The translations under genes and the position numbers were made by a program. The notes under the pieces were generated by a model, which was not told the origin of the DNA, made no database searches, and saw only the letters and a list, made by a program, of their open reading frames with translations. A DNA stretch of 62,988 bases, counting the filler, from Atractiella rhizophila (lineage: Eukaryota): NCBI GenBank assembly GCA_021432655.1. It is 2 parts of one record of this genome, joined end to end, with 100 filler letters (N's around TTAATTAATTAA, not from the genome) between each part and the next. Parts side by side here need not be neighbours in the genome. Positions count along the whole stretch, not along the records: positions 1 to 31,892 come from MU271311.1; 1 more part is not named here. The stretch is one strand, 5' to 3'. Positions 12,633 to 24,905 of the stretch are shown here, in pieces. Numbering within the stretch: the first letter of the stretch is position 1; every line of letters starts with the position of its first letter.

Positions 12633-13881
12633 ATGTCTCTCTTCACTTTCATTTTCGCAGTCCTCTCCTTTACATCCACATTCTCTTTTGCCTCTAGCCA
12701 TGACACGTTCAGAATGGACAAGAGGGCCACGTTCATTACGGGGAAGAAAGGCGCGCTTCCATCACGTAATCCGAGATATCTTGATCTGATTTCAGAGGTT
12801 GTGTGTGGTAAGGCCTGGGTTTTAACGATGTTAAGCTCACCAAAGGCTTTAATAAGACGTGAGCCGTTATCTACTTTATTAGAAGTCCTCGTCTGATATT
12901 ATTGCAACATAGTGTCGCCTGGGTCTACAATTGGGGTCAAACACACGAAGGTACTCTCAACAGCGGCGTAGAATACATCCCTATGCTCTGGAGCGATGCT
13001 GCTACGTTTACCTCCACTTGGGATAAGAATGTAAAGGCTGCTATAAAGGTGCATCACCTCTTTCAAAACAACAGTCATGGTTAGATGTACCTAAACAGGC
13101 GGGGTCCACCCATCTCCTGGCGTTCAACGAACCAGATCTCAACACCCAGGCGAACATGTCTCCCACTCAAGCGGCCAAGAGCTATAAGAAGTATTTCAAC
13201 CCTTACAAGCAGCAAATCAAACTGGTTTCGCCCGCGATCACGAATGGTGCTCCTCCAGCGATGGGGACGGGGTGAGCTTCCCCGTTTTCCTGACTAATCA
13301 GGGTTAACTTTTGTTGGAACGCTTGAAGGTGGATGGATGAATTCTTGAGCCTATGTAAAGGCTGTCACATCGACGCTATCGCCGTCCACATCGTATGTTC
13401 ACTCGATGCCTTGACCAGGAACCATGCTGATAAGGAGCAGTATGATTCTGCCACTAACATCGCCTACTTCAAAGCTTACCTCACAGACCTCCAAAAGAAG
13501 TATGCTCCTAGGAAGATTTGGGTAACAGAGGTGGGTTGTGCAAATTGGCACTCAACTAGCAATGTCACATGACTGACATCAGTTTGTGTATAGTTCGGAG
13601 CATCTGGAACGAAGAAGCAGGAGCAAGATTTCCTCAAAGAAATGTTGCCTTGGTTGACGAAGCAGAGCGGTATTGAGGTGTGCTTTCTTGCTGCCTTCAC
13701 GTGCAGATACTGAAAACTTTGCTTTCAAAGAGATACGCTTACTTTGGTGACGTTCGTCGTTATCTTCTTTTATTCCGGTGTCGAGAGCACTGAGGTCAAC
13801 TCTCAGTTCGCCGGAATGCTTGTCGAAGCTGACGGCTCCTTGAACACGCGTGGAAGGACATATGCAAAGTTTGGGAACTGA
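12633..13881 (+). CDS. Secreted glycoside hydrolase family 128 (beta-1,3-glucanase, Asl1-like)
   Basis: Signal peptide with a KR site; motifs WVYNW, EYIPMLW, LAFNEPD, IDAIAVH, IWVTEFG and RYAYFG across many exons. Confidence 0.88.
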
Positions 13882-14557
13882 TCGTTCCCAACCATTTCAA
13901 GCAGCCCTCATCACCGGGGCAAAATCTTGCTTCACTCCGCCGGTTCGCGTCAATCTGTTCCTGATCATTCGTGTCATCTCCCTTTGTCCTACCCGGTTGC
14001 CTCTAGAGGTCTCGGGTTAGACGTCTGGCATCAGAAAGTCTTGTAGACATCGATTTCGCAATGTATAATGCATGGCCGACCTTGATGGTTCTTCCGTCCA
14101 TTCATTCCCTTGGCTGTCATGTCATCGTCACAATGCCAGTGTTCTTAACCTACCCCGCTTCCGACATGTCGCAGCCAATTCTTCTGTTCCAAGGACGAAG
14201 GTGAGCGCAGCGTGACACGTTGTGGAGTTGACGAATGAATAGCTCGGGCCTCCTCCGCCTCGAATCCATCAAATTTTCCTTTCGAAAGAGCGAGGACGAG
14301 GGGTTTCGGTTCTGACCCCACGTAAAAAAATATTCTCTTTGAATTGATGATTCAATAGCGGACCTTAGGCCAAGCCCCCACTCCCCGCAATCTTGTGTTG
14401 AGAGCATTGCTGATGATCGATGCACGAAAACCTTGCCTAGACCTTGCTTCACCAGGCCAGAGATTTAAATGGGCGTGTCTTTTCCTCTGCCATCTCGCGC
14501 ACCTTTTCGCTAGCGTCCGCCCCCCCTGATCTCGCGGAGAAGCAAAGAAGTGAAATA

Positions 14558-16698
14558 ATGAGCTCTGAGCCAAGAACGTCATCGAGTGACAAGAGGTCGA
14601 GTTTCTCCGGGAAGGAGGACCACGAGGAGCTCGAGAATGCGTATGTTTCTTATTCAGTCCTAGTGTTGGATTGCAGCAGAGCTGATGATGTTGTCGCACT
14701 CAGTAACGCTACCACTGCGCACGGAGGGCAAGACTTCCAATATGTCGATTATCACTACGTCGCTGACTCCCCAGAGGAGCAAAAGTTGAGGCTGAAGCTT
14801 GATCTTCACTTGCTGCCTACACTTTGGATCATGTGCGTCTTGCTTTTCAAGGTGTATTCTATTGTGTCACTGACGGATGATCGAAAAGGTACGTTATCAA
14901 TTACCTGGACCGTTCCAATATCGGAAACGCGAAAGTTGGAGGAATGGAGAAGGACCTCAACCTTTCTTCCAATGATTATTCCCTCGCTTTGCTTATCTTC
15001 TTTGTTGGGTACTTGCTCATGGGTTTGTGTCCCCTTTTGGCTCTTATCGCGTGTCTAATAGATGGAGGCAGAGGTACCTTCCAACATGATCTTGGCCAAA
15101 GTCAGGCCTTCCCTCTATCTTCCCGGGTAAGGTATTCGTTTCCTATTGAAAAGACTTGGCTCATATTTTGTCACAGGATTATGTTTGTTTGGGTCTGCTG
15201 ATCCATTTACGTCAACGTCACGAAACTGAATAACATGGACAGGGATGCGTCGTCATCGCATTCAAAGGAGTGCACAACCTGAAAGGTCTTGTAGCCATTC
15301 GCTTCTTCCTCGGAATTGCTGAGTCTGGTTTCTTCCCTGGAGGTGTGCATTCTTCCATGCTATGTCATTTCTTATCAGAACTTACCTGTGTGTTTCAGTC
15401 TGGTTTTTCCTCGGCTCCTGGTACAAGCGCGAAGAACTCTCGAAGCGATTCGCCATTTTCTATTCCGCTTCTATCATCTCCGGAGCGTTCGGCGGTCTCC
15501 TTGCTGGCGTCATCACCGAAAATTTAGACGGCAAGGCTGGAACTAGAGGATGGCAGTGGCTCTTCGTCGTTGAAGGATTGGCGACTGTCACTTTCGCAGT
15601 CATTGCGTGCGTCTTTATCCCTTGTCTTACGCTATTTTTTGTTTGTACCTGAATACTCAAAGTTTTCTTCTAGGACTTTCATTCTACCCGATTGGCCAGG
15701 TATATCTCCCCAACTTGCACCGTTACAAAGCTCATTACAGGTTTTGCGCAGAAACCACTAAATGGCTAACCCCCGAGGAGAGAGTCCTCGCCGTTCATCG
15801 GTTGAAGGTTCAGTACAAGGCTGACGAGCACTTGAGCCACAAGGAGTCTCTGAAGCTTGCTGTGTCAGATTGGAGGACCTGGGCCTTCGTCGTGTGTTAC
15901 ATGTGCATTGCTGGCGCTGGAACCATCTCCTACTTCATCCCAACAATTGCTTCCGAACTTGGTTATAAGGGCAGGCAGGCTCAATACATGTCGGCAAGTC
16001 TCCCACATGCTTCCAAGGTTGTGAGGTGTGCTGAGCGAATCTCTAGGCTCCTCCCTATGCTGTCGCCTTCGTCCTCTCCCTCTCCAACAACTTCCACGCC
16101 GATTGGACGAGGGAGCGAATCTTCCACATCGCTGTCCCACTCATCATTTCTGGAATCTCCTACATCGTCATCGCTGTCGTGACGCACGGTGCGTTGTCTT
16201 GTTCCATTTTTTCCTGGTAAAATAACATTCATCTCCTTATTGGATGGGAACAGACAAGGTTCGATATGCCTTCCTGTGCTTTGGAGCTTCAGGAGTTTGG
16301 TCTGCTCTCCCCGTCATGTTGGCCTATGCTTCCGAATGTCTTGCACGTCCTGCTTCCAAGCGAGCTGTGGCCGTAGCCATCATCAATTCACTCGGTAATT
16401 TATCATCTGTCTACGGATCCTACTTGTGGCCGGCCACCGATAAGCCCAAATACGAGAAAGGATTCGGTGTGCGTCTTTCTTTCCTCTTCTTCGCCTGCAG
16501 CTTGAGAGGGTGGCCTAATGTGGATGTGGGAGATAGGTCACTTGTGCCTTCTGTTTCCTTGCAGCTTTCATGGTCTTTGTCATCCGCTTCTTCAATGGTC
16601 CCATCAAGACTTTGGATGAGGAGAAGGATGCGAGGGGGGCTGTGGAGAAAGATCCAGAGGTAGCTGGCCCCACAGATGATAAGAAGGCATCTGCCTGA
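14558..16698 (+). CDS. MFS transporter, ACS/Dal5 (allantoate/nicotinate permease) family
   Basis: KLDLHLLP, NYLDRSNIGNAK, RFFLGIAESGFFPG, WYKREELSKRFAIFY, GWQWLFVVEG, KWLTPEER and SLGNLSSVYG. Confidence 0.9.
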
Positions 16699-17026
16699 TT
16701 TGATCTCCTTCATTCGAGGTCGAGAATGAGTGTATTTGCTGATAAATTGCCCTTCGAAATTCACGCGTGCAATGGATTTGTTGTCCATCACTTGTATCAT
16801 TGATCATGTTCCCGATTTCGCAAGAAAAACGACGAAAAGAAGAGAGCACATTGGGACGTCCATACTCCAGTATTTTGGGTTCATATTTAGTTAGGGTCTG
16901 ACCCTAAGGTTTATCCGGCTCCGACGGAGATATAAAATCTGTCACCCCCTGAGTGCAACAACCATTCCCCTTTGGGTCGCTGTTGTTATATCCCCCCAGG
17001 CGCGTCGCGACTCGAAAATTGGAGCG

Positions 17027-18498
17027 ATGGAAGTGGAAGCCATGGAGCAGAACATGGAACCAGTGGGGAACGAAATCCCAGTTACAACAGAAGGAGAAGT
17101 ACCAGAAATTGAGACCCAACCATCCTCAGAGCCACCAGTCACTGTTCCCCTTCACCCTGAAGATCTCTATCTCTGCAATTATTGCGGTGGTCAATTTCAT
17201 CGAGGTGACTACGACTGCAACCGAATGTCCTGCATCGTTTGCGTCCGCCAACAGTCTCAGAAGGAGCCTGCACCTCCTCCCGAAAGCATTCGGACTGTCG
17301 CAGAGTTGCGGGAGCAATTGAGTGCCATGAGGGAGGCAGAAGATATTGCGATTTATGCATATTTCAATTATCAGGAATTTGCGGAAGATATTCGTCAGAA
17401 AAGGGAGCGCGGGTTACAGTGGAAACAGAGGAGAGGAAAGGCCATAATTTCGGATGAAATGAAGATTACGGATATGGAAATTCAAGAGATGATCTGGGAG
17501 ACAACTGGATATTTCTTCGTGTTCGTGTTGAATTCCTTCTCATTCCGTCCACGGCTGTCCCTGACTACTGTCATAGCTACAAAGATCGCCCTCATAAGAA
17601 GAAGTTTGCACGTTCAGTTCGATTTTCTTGCTCCCAGCGCAACTATCCATCCGACGTCTTGACGGGACGAGAGAAGGGCAAGTTTAAATCCGGTAGCAGG
17701 AGCACCACACGGTATCCATGCGTCGGCTCCCTCGAGTTCAACATCCTCAAGGAGGGTTCGGTTGGATACATAACCCTTCTTCATCGCTGTTCTCACCCTC
17801 AGTACACGGAGCAGCCGGTCGTGGTCGCATTAGGAGAGGCAACAAACATCGAGGATGAGACTTCCAGCCGTGCACCGTTGGAAGCGAGCGCACCTACGAG
17901 CGCCAGCACCAGTGCAACCCCTGCCATGGGTGCTTTGAATAGAGTAAGCGCGAGACCGCCGAGAAAGAGGAAGAAGAGGGAGGATGCCACCGGGCAACTT
18001 GTTCCCATCGATCGACCACCAGCTACAGAGGACGACCAAATCCTTATGGGAATCCACAACTACATGCAACAGAATCCGGCACCTACCGACGGTCATGCCG
18101 AAGATATCAACATATATCCTTTCAACGAGTCTGATGATCCCAACCTCCCACATTCTCATGAAAACCACGCTCATCCCCATACACACGATCCAAATTCGAA
18201 CCTAGATCCAAATCTCTCTGGCGATCCGAGTTACTACGGTGTCACAGCGAATCAGCCATATGCCACTGACATCCCTGTGCTCGAGACTACAGTGGAAGGG
18301 CAGAGTGCAGGAGGCAAAGAGACGGTATTAATGAAGTACATGCAGATGCTGAATGAGATGGCGGATCAGGAGGGACAAGATGGGGGTGAGTGGGATAAGA
18401 GGGTGGAGGGAGACTTGGAGCGGCTCAAAGGGACAGTGGACGCTTGGATAAACGGGGCAAGAGATGGACGTGAGAGGAAGAGAAGGAGAATTGAATGA
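17027..18498 (+). CDS. Hypothetical protein with a CxxC..CxxC finger and a WRKY/GCM1-like (Mutator-type) C2H2 domain
   Basis: One intron (17521-17576) joins two ORFs: CNYC..CIVC, then IWETTGYFFVYK..RFSCSQR..RYPCVGSLEF..ITLLHRCSHPQY; NLS-like RKRKKR. Confidence 0.7.
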
Positions 18499-18644
18499 AT
18501 TATCGGCTGTTTGGTTTCGGTCTTCGTTTTACGGCAAGTTCTTCAGTTTGTGAGTTTCTAACAGGCTCTGTGTCACGCGTTGCGATGCAGTTACACTACC
18601 ATTTCGATCATTTGCGTCTTTGATACATACTTTGATACACTCAA

Positions 18645-20443
18645 TCAGAATTGAACATCAGCCATGTCCTCCTCCTTTCCAAATCCTAATGCTTGACTGA
18701 TACACTGCTCAAGCTCTAGGTTACTCATTCCCAATGCCTTCTCCCTCTCAATCACCTCTCCCATGCTCTTTTTCACCTTTTCCGATGTTTCCTTCCATCC
18801 GTCCACCACTCCATGGCGCTTCACCCATCTGCCACCAATCATCACGCTCTCGACATCGCGAGGGGATGCATGCATCGTTACCGCCGCCAGAGGGTCACGG
18901 ACACAGTGCATGGATGGTGTGGAAGAGTCGAAGATGACGATGTCAGCAAAGGCACCAGGACGTAAACTTCCTATCTTTCCTTCCAAACCAACAGCTCGTG
19001 CGCCATTTATGGTAGCCAAGTTGCTTCATTGGATCTTGGTCAATCGAGCGCAAAGGAGCAAACAAAGGAGAAACATACAATACTTCCTCGATCGTCATGG
19101 CTACTTTCCGAGGGTGCTTGTTCTGTTCGCAGATTGGCTCGTGAGCGTGCGCTCTGACGCTCTGTAGCAACAACCTCATTTCTGCGAGGATCCCTCCTGC
19201 TGCGCTGGTGTGACAGTCGATTCCGAGGCTGCCGCACGATCGAAATTCCTTGTAGAGAGGGACGGGAAATCCTACAGTAATTGAACATTCAGATTGCTCC
19301 TTTGACTGGTTAGTAGCTCACCATGGGCCATTTGTAGTTCTGTGCCTGCCGTTGTGGAATACCATCCCCCAGCTTTCTTCAACAATGGAAGAGAGTTCTT
19401 GACGTCAGAAGTTGCATGAGAAACTAATATATCGGATCCAATAACGTTTGCTTTCGACAGGACAGCAATTGTTGAATTTCCATCTGTAGGTTCAGTGACA
19501 TCAGGGTGCGTGCATCACATAGGACAACAGAGTTACGAGTAAAAAGAGGGCCGCCATCATGAGAAGTAAGAGGTTTGATCCCAAGCTTGCGTGCAGTCTC
19601 GACAGTCTGGACGATGACCTCTTCAGGTAAACCACCGACTTCGAATCCCAAACCGAGTTTGGTTAACCCGCTGGGAGACTTGAAAGCCTGGTGATTGACG
19701 AGTTCTTGAAAGACATAGGCATAGAACCAGTTGACATTGAAGTCCAGCTCGAAGGGCTTAAAACTATTTGCGCCAGGAAACACTGCTGGACAGAAAAACG
19801 ACCTGATGCCTGACGTTACGTGAGCATAAAGAGCATGTTGAACTAAAGTCTCCTCGTAAGCTAGGTCTCTCAACTATGACGACAAATGGATGCTCACTCT
19901 TTTCGGGATTCTGTAATACCCCATGGCAGTGATCAACAACGGTGGTCGTTCCAGCATCAATGCACTCGAGGATTCCAGCAGCTAGGCCATAGTAGATGTC
20001 GGACGCATTGTACAGCCCCGTCTTTAGGAGGGTTGGAGAGTATTGGGAGAGAGTAACGTCAGCATGAGTCCCTAGTTGTCTGGATTCAACTTCGAAGGTC
20101 GTAATAGGAGAAACCCACCTTTCAGTTGGGTTTGCCAGAGATCTCAAAAAAATGTAATATCAGAATCTTTCCACTAGCGGAACAGAAACGAATCACGGTG
20201 GTGCGTGTCCACAAAACCTGGAGACAATATTTTGCCTTCGCAGTCGGCGACTTCATCGATACCATCTCCACTCAGGCCCCCTGCGATTTCGGCGATCACA
20301 TTTCCCTTCACTAGGATGTCGATTTTCTTGGATATGACGGTATCCCCTTCGTGAAGAAGGACAACCCCATTCTTAAGAAGAACTGTAGACGTCTGCGTAG
20401 GGGGAATGACTGCCCAATTGAGATCAATGGTTTCAGCGGACAT
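18645..20443 (-). CDS. Metallo-dependent amidohydrolase (MTA/SAH deaminase/chlorohydrolase-like)
   Basis: ILSPGFVDTHH, IDAGTTTVVDHCH, ATINGARAVGLEGKIGSLRPGAFADIVIFD and DVESVMIGGRWVKR. Confidence 0.9.
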
Positions 20444-20854
20444 GCTCGCAAGATCCTTCTTCAGCTGTACAGATGGTTGGGAGGTGAACGGCTAGGCTGG
20501 TTTATATTGCCCGTCCTCCACATCTCCGCGCACGAACTATTCCGGGTGGTTCAGCGAGAATTGAGGTCATGCCAAAAATGTGGAGAGGTAAGCAGCCAAA
20601 GAAGGTGTAGGCAAGTTCTGAGATTAGATCAGCTGATCACAAATTCGCACAAAGCATTGTGCGAGCGTGTTACGAGCTTGGATAAACGACTGATATAGTA
20701 CTGATAAGCTGCAATTTTTCTGGTATGAAGGAACCAGAGCCTTCAGACAAACTTAGGTAAGGACGGCGGTATCACGCAAGGGATAGAGATAGAAACGAAA
20801 ATGTTGTGCATTATTCACTACTACACTCCTCACGCGGGTAACTTCAGAGAAAAC

Positions 20855-23192
20855 TAAGAAGATAGAAAACGGACCAACCTGGTATGGCGGTAATATCTCT
20901 GGAGAACCTCCAAATATCGTCGCCGGCTGAGGGCAACACGTGAGAAACGAGCGTAGAAACAGAATAGGCACTGACATTGTTCAGGACAAGGCCGCCGAAC
21001 GGACTCTACGTTGACGTCCCAATTTGCATTCCGAGAGTTCCTATAATGAGAGAAAAAAGCGTTCTTGTGTCCCTGCTCTCTTTTTCTCCCCCTGTGGTCG
21101 GCCCAACGATCACTAACCCCACTCTTTATCTTCCGTTCTTCGCACAGGATCCGTTTCCGTAACCTCGTCTCCCTGGTCTTCCTCTTGACCTCAGCTTCTT
21201 CAGAATTCTCCCGTATTGAATTGTGCTCCGAAGGATGTGTGCTATCTTCTGCTGTTAAGGGGGTTGACTGAATGAGACGATCCAGTGGATAGCATAACGT
21301 GGAGTGTGCTCCTGCCCGGCGTTTGAAGAACGGAGTGTGTGAAGCCTCGCCTGACTATACGACAATCTAAGAAGGGCAACAGACACTGAAACAATACAGC
21401 CTCACTACACATCCGCAAGTCGTTAGAGGAACTCCAAAATGCCTGTTCCAAGCTTTTGCAGTCTCCTCGAAAGCATTAGCTAGCTCATTCTCTTCCACTT
21501 TGTCCTCTGAAAAGCGTATCAGTACGTCTCACTCAGTCCTTAATGCGGAATCCGAACCGTGCTTGAGAACTTGTCCAAGAAGCCGCGTACTGTCTTCTCG
21601 ATATTTGTAATGGGAGAGCAGATGTGTGTGAAGGACAAGATCGATATCCAACGTAGGGACAAGCGAAAACTTCGACGAACTCTGTTGAATATCAAGGAAT
21701 GCATGATACCTGGTTATTGCACGGATAAGAGGGTTGAAGTCTGTATCAAAGCTATGAGGTGTTGTCCATCGAAGGTCCTCAACCATGCCATTGATGAAGC
21801 GAAACTGGCGACCAATCTTGCAAGAAAGTAATCAGTGAGAAACGAAAAAGAGGGTGAGGATCAGCGCACTGCTCCGATCAGATCAATAGAAAATATCGGC
21901 TGCTTATATCGGCTTAGTGACTGTAGAAGCTGCTTTGGAGCTGAAGGATAGTATGGCGATCGGTTGAAGAAGTGAATGCCATTCGCAGGATTCCATTCCA
22001 ATTGCTCAGCAACAACCTGAACAGAACGGTCCTTCGTGATCATTTTCACCCTCGCTGCCTTCATCCATCTCTCCGCTAATTTTGCAGCCGCCATGCGATT
22101 AGGAATGCCTCTTGAATCAAGAAGTGTCCCAGCGAAGCAAGCTTCGTAAGGTATCTGAAGCTTCTTATTCAGCCTCTTCTGGTGGTCGAAAGTCATGTTC
22201 TCGACAATTGTCTTTGCAAGCGGTAGAACTCCAAATGTCGCTTTCGTAATCTTCAGACCGCAGACACACCAAAAGCTGAAGGCTTGAGCCCATCCCGTCC
22301 CTTTCCGATTGACGTACCGCTTCACATTTTTGGTGTAACATCGTGGGCATTTAAAAACGTGCTTATCGGAAGGTTTGGGAATCTAGCAGGTCCTCAAGAT
22401 GGTTAGAGTTGGGAGAAGGTTGCAACTTACAGAGGCATCGAATGGTGTGTTCGTAGACTCTTTCCAATGCTCTACAGCTTCGAGTGGGGCCGAGAAAGTG
22501 AAAGATTCGCAATCGATGTGTGCCGCCTATGGAAAGAAAGACATATCAAGTCATAAGCGTTGGGATGCGCATAACTTACGATGTACTCGATATCCAACCC
22601 TCCAAGTTCTTCAAACCTCGGGAATCGAGTCAAAGAATCTTCAAAATAAGCTCTCGGATTCAGTAGAAAGGTATGCCAAACGAGCAGAACGTCAAGTGGT
22701 GGCAATTCCGATGACTTCAAAGGCCCGCTAGAGCAGCTCAGCACTTTGATGCACCAGGTCTCGAATCGTGAGACAGCTTGACAAAGATATATTCCCCAAG
22801 TAACGTTTCCAGGCACGTAAACTGTTGAACATTCCGTCCAGGGAAATCAGAAGCTGAAGTAGGAAGGAAAGCTCACCCATTCCTTCAGGCAGACAATCCC
22901 AAATAGCCTCTCGATTTTCTGGGACATCTTCTTCTCTCTCAACGATTGCGGAACCCTTTACTCTCTCGAACAAAGAGTAAAAGGCGCCTAATAACCTCAG
23001 ATGCCCACGAACTTGATCGAGGGTGACAAGAGGCGAGACTTGGTATGGTCCAATCGAGAAATGCGCGGGTAAGTCCAACGTGGATGTTGCTTCGTGAAAA
23101 GACGGTGGCTCAGTTGTCCCTAACGGTTGGATTGGGGGACTACTTTCGACATAGCTTGGAAGAGGAACGCTGACACCTGGAGGAGGAGGCAT
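20855..23192 (-). CDS. DUF1399 / glycine-rich-domain-containing protein; 3' end approximate
   Basis: HLRLLGAF, AVSRFETW, PPLDVLLVWHTFLLNPRAY, LVPTLDIDLVLHTHLL, TCGC and THPSEHNS motifs. Confidence 0.82.
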
Positions 23193-24076
23193 GACTGCAG
23201 GACCCGTCAAGAGCTCACAAGCGCTCTTCCTGTTTTGAAGCGATTGTGCTTGGATTCCATAGATGCATTACACTGAATAGAGAACAGCTGAAAAGTAATT
23301 GCTGTGATTGACTGATCTTGAGTTGATCATGCCAATCAATCTATCAGGATGCCACAGAATTGAGTTAGTATCATTGCATCGGCACCCACTTACATGCGGG
23401 GCCAACCTGGACTATTATCATGAGCTCCTCTCCTTCATGCAAAATGTACACCAGTAGTAACAAAAGCGTAACTTCCGGTTCTAAGATTAATGAAATGGGG
23501 TTAATGGAAGAACGAACCAGGGCAGACCTCTTTTCAGCTGGAATCCACCAAATTAGTCATAACAATATGTTAATTCGTCTCCGTTTCAGTGTAGCAGGCT
23601 GGAGCAAGATGAAAATGCAAGATAAAATTGTAGACCCAGGATTAGAGCCGACTAAAGTGTCAGGCATGAAGGCACCAAAACTTGTGGTCGCGCGCAGGCG
23701 CAGGTCGTCGCAGTTGTCAGCAGCTGTTAGTGTTGGGTTATGGATTACAAAGCTGGAGGAAGATTAATAGGGAAAAGGTACTCCGGAGTGATGGATAAAG
23801 CATCCTGCTGACGAATCTAATACCTGCGAAGGATTCCCACTGGCATCAGGGTAAGCCTTCCAACTTGAAGTCGACATCTGAACGCGACGTTCCCTCATTC
23901 AGCGCTTTTCTCCTCCATGAAGTAACATATGGGAACTGTCCCAGGGCGATCTTTCATCAATTGGAAACCTTGATGTAGTGGACAGACATTCTTTGAGTAG
24001 GATGAACATGGCTTTTTACATGCATTATGACGATTTAAGGATATTAACTTCAAATACTACGCACTATGCTGCCACT

Positions 24077-24905
24077 TTAACCTATCTTTTTGTTTGTTCC
24101 GTTCTCTCTAACAGTTTCCAGACTGGTCCTCTCTGAATATTCAGAATATTCTGCCTCCGTGTTGCCAGATGGAGGAGGTGTAAAAGGCAGAAGTCCCATT
24201 ATTTGTAGCAAGACATCTACGTTGCCATCATCCTCTATGACAGCGTTTGGCGGAGCATTCGCGCTGGATGACGTAGCAGGAGACTCCCAGGTTGGTGCTG
24301 GATATGGAAATGGCATCTGGGATTCACCGTTTGGTTCAGTCGTTGACTGACTCGGTTGGATCATCCCGAGAATCCCGAGGTTGACATCTGTTAGTCTCTC
24401 TAGTCGCTCTGTTTCTTATGAACAGTGTCTCCATCTGTAGAGTGGAGAAACGCACTCGTTCTTTCTTCTAATTCAGCAAGTCTGCGCTCTTCGTCCGCGA
24501 TGATGGGATGGGAGGAGCTAGAACGATTATGGGAAGTTGGAGGTGGAGTGAGGCCAGATGGCCACGTACAGTTCATGTCTTCTGGCGGTATGCGTCGCGA
24601 TCGTGCGCTGCGTATGCATGTGCCTACAAGTTATGTAAGAAGTCAGTCCTCCAATGAGAGGAACAAAGGAGCCGCTACCACAGATAGGATGTACACCATC
24701 ACATCTGTTCACATCTGTTCAAGCGAACAATCAACCCTCTTGAACGGACCGCAGGTATTGGCGGACTTGCCTAACTTTTCTAGATCTGCAAACGAAACAT
24801 GCAGTGTTCCTGAACAGAGGAGGAGTTCTACTGTCATTATTCACAGACATTTCCGACCAACGCCGATTCGAGGCCACGACCAAACTTCAATGCGTGATTT
24901 TCCAT
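24077..24905 (-). CDS. Small Zn2Cys6 protein, paralog of 6449-7274; start uncertain
   Basis: TACFVCRSRKVRCDGVHPICGTCIRSARSRRIPPEDMNCTWP, with the same intron positions in the cluster and shared C-terminal IMGLLP and S.ET motifs. Confidence 0.75.

Noticed and set aside
23250..24050. Short ORFs between the DUF1399 and Zn2Cys6 genes
   Set aside because: No recognisable motifs or consistent splice pattern.
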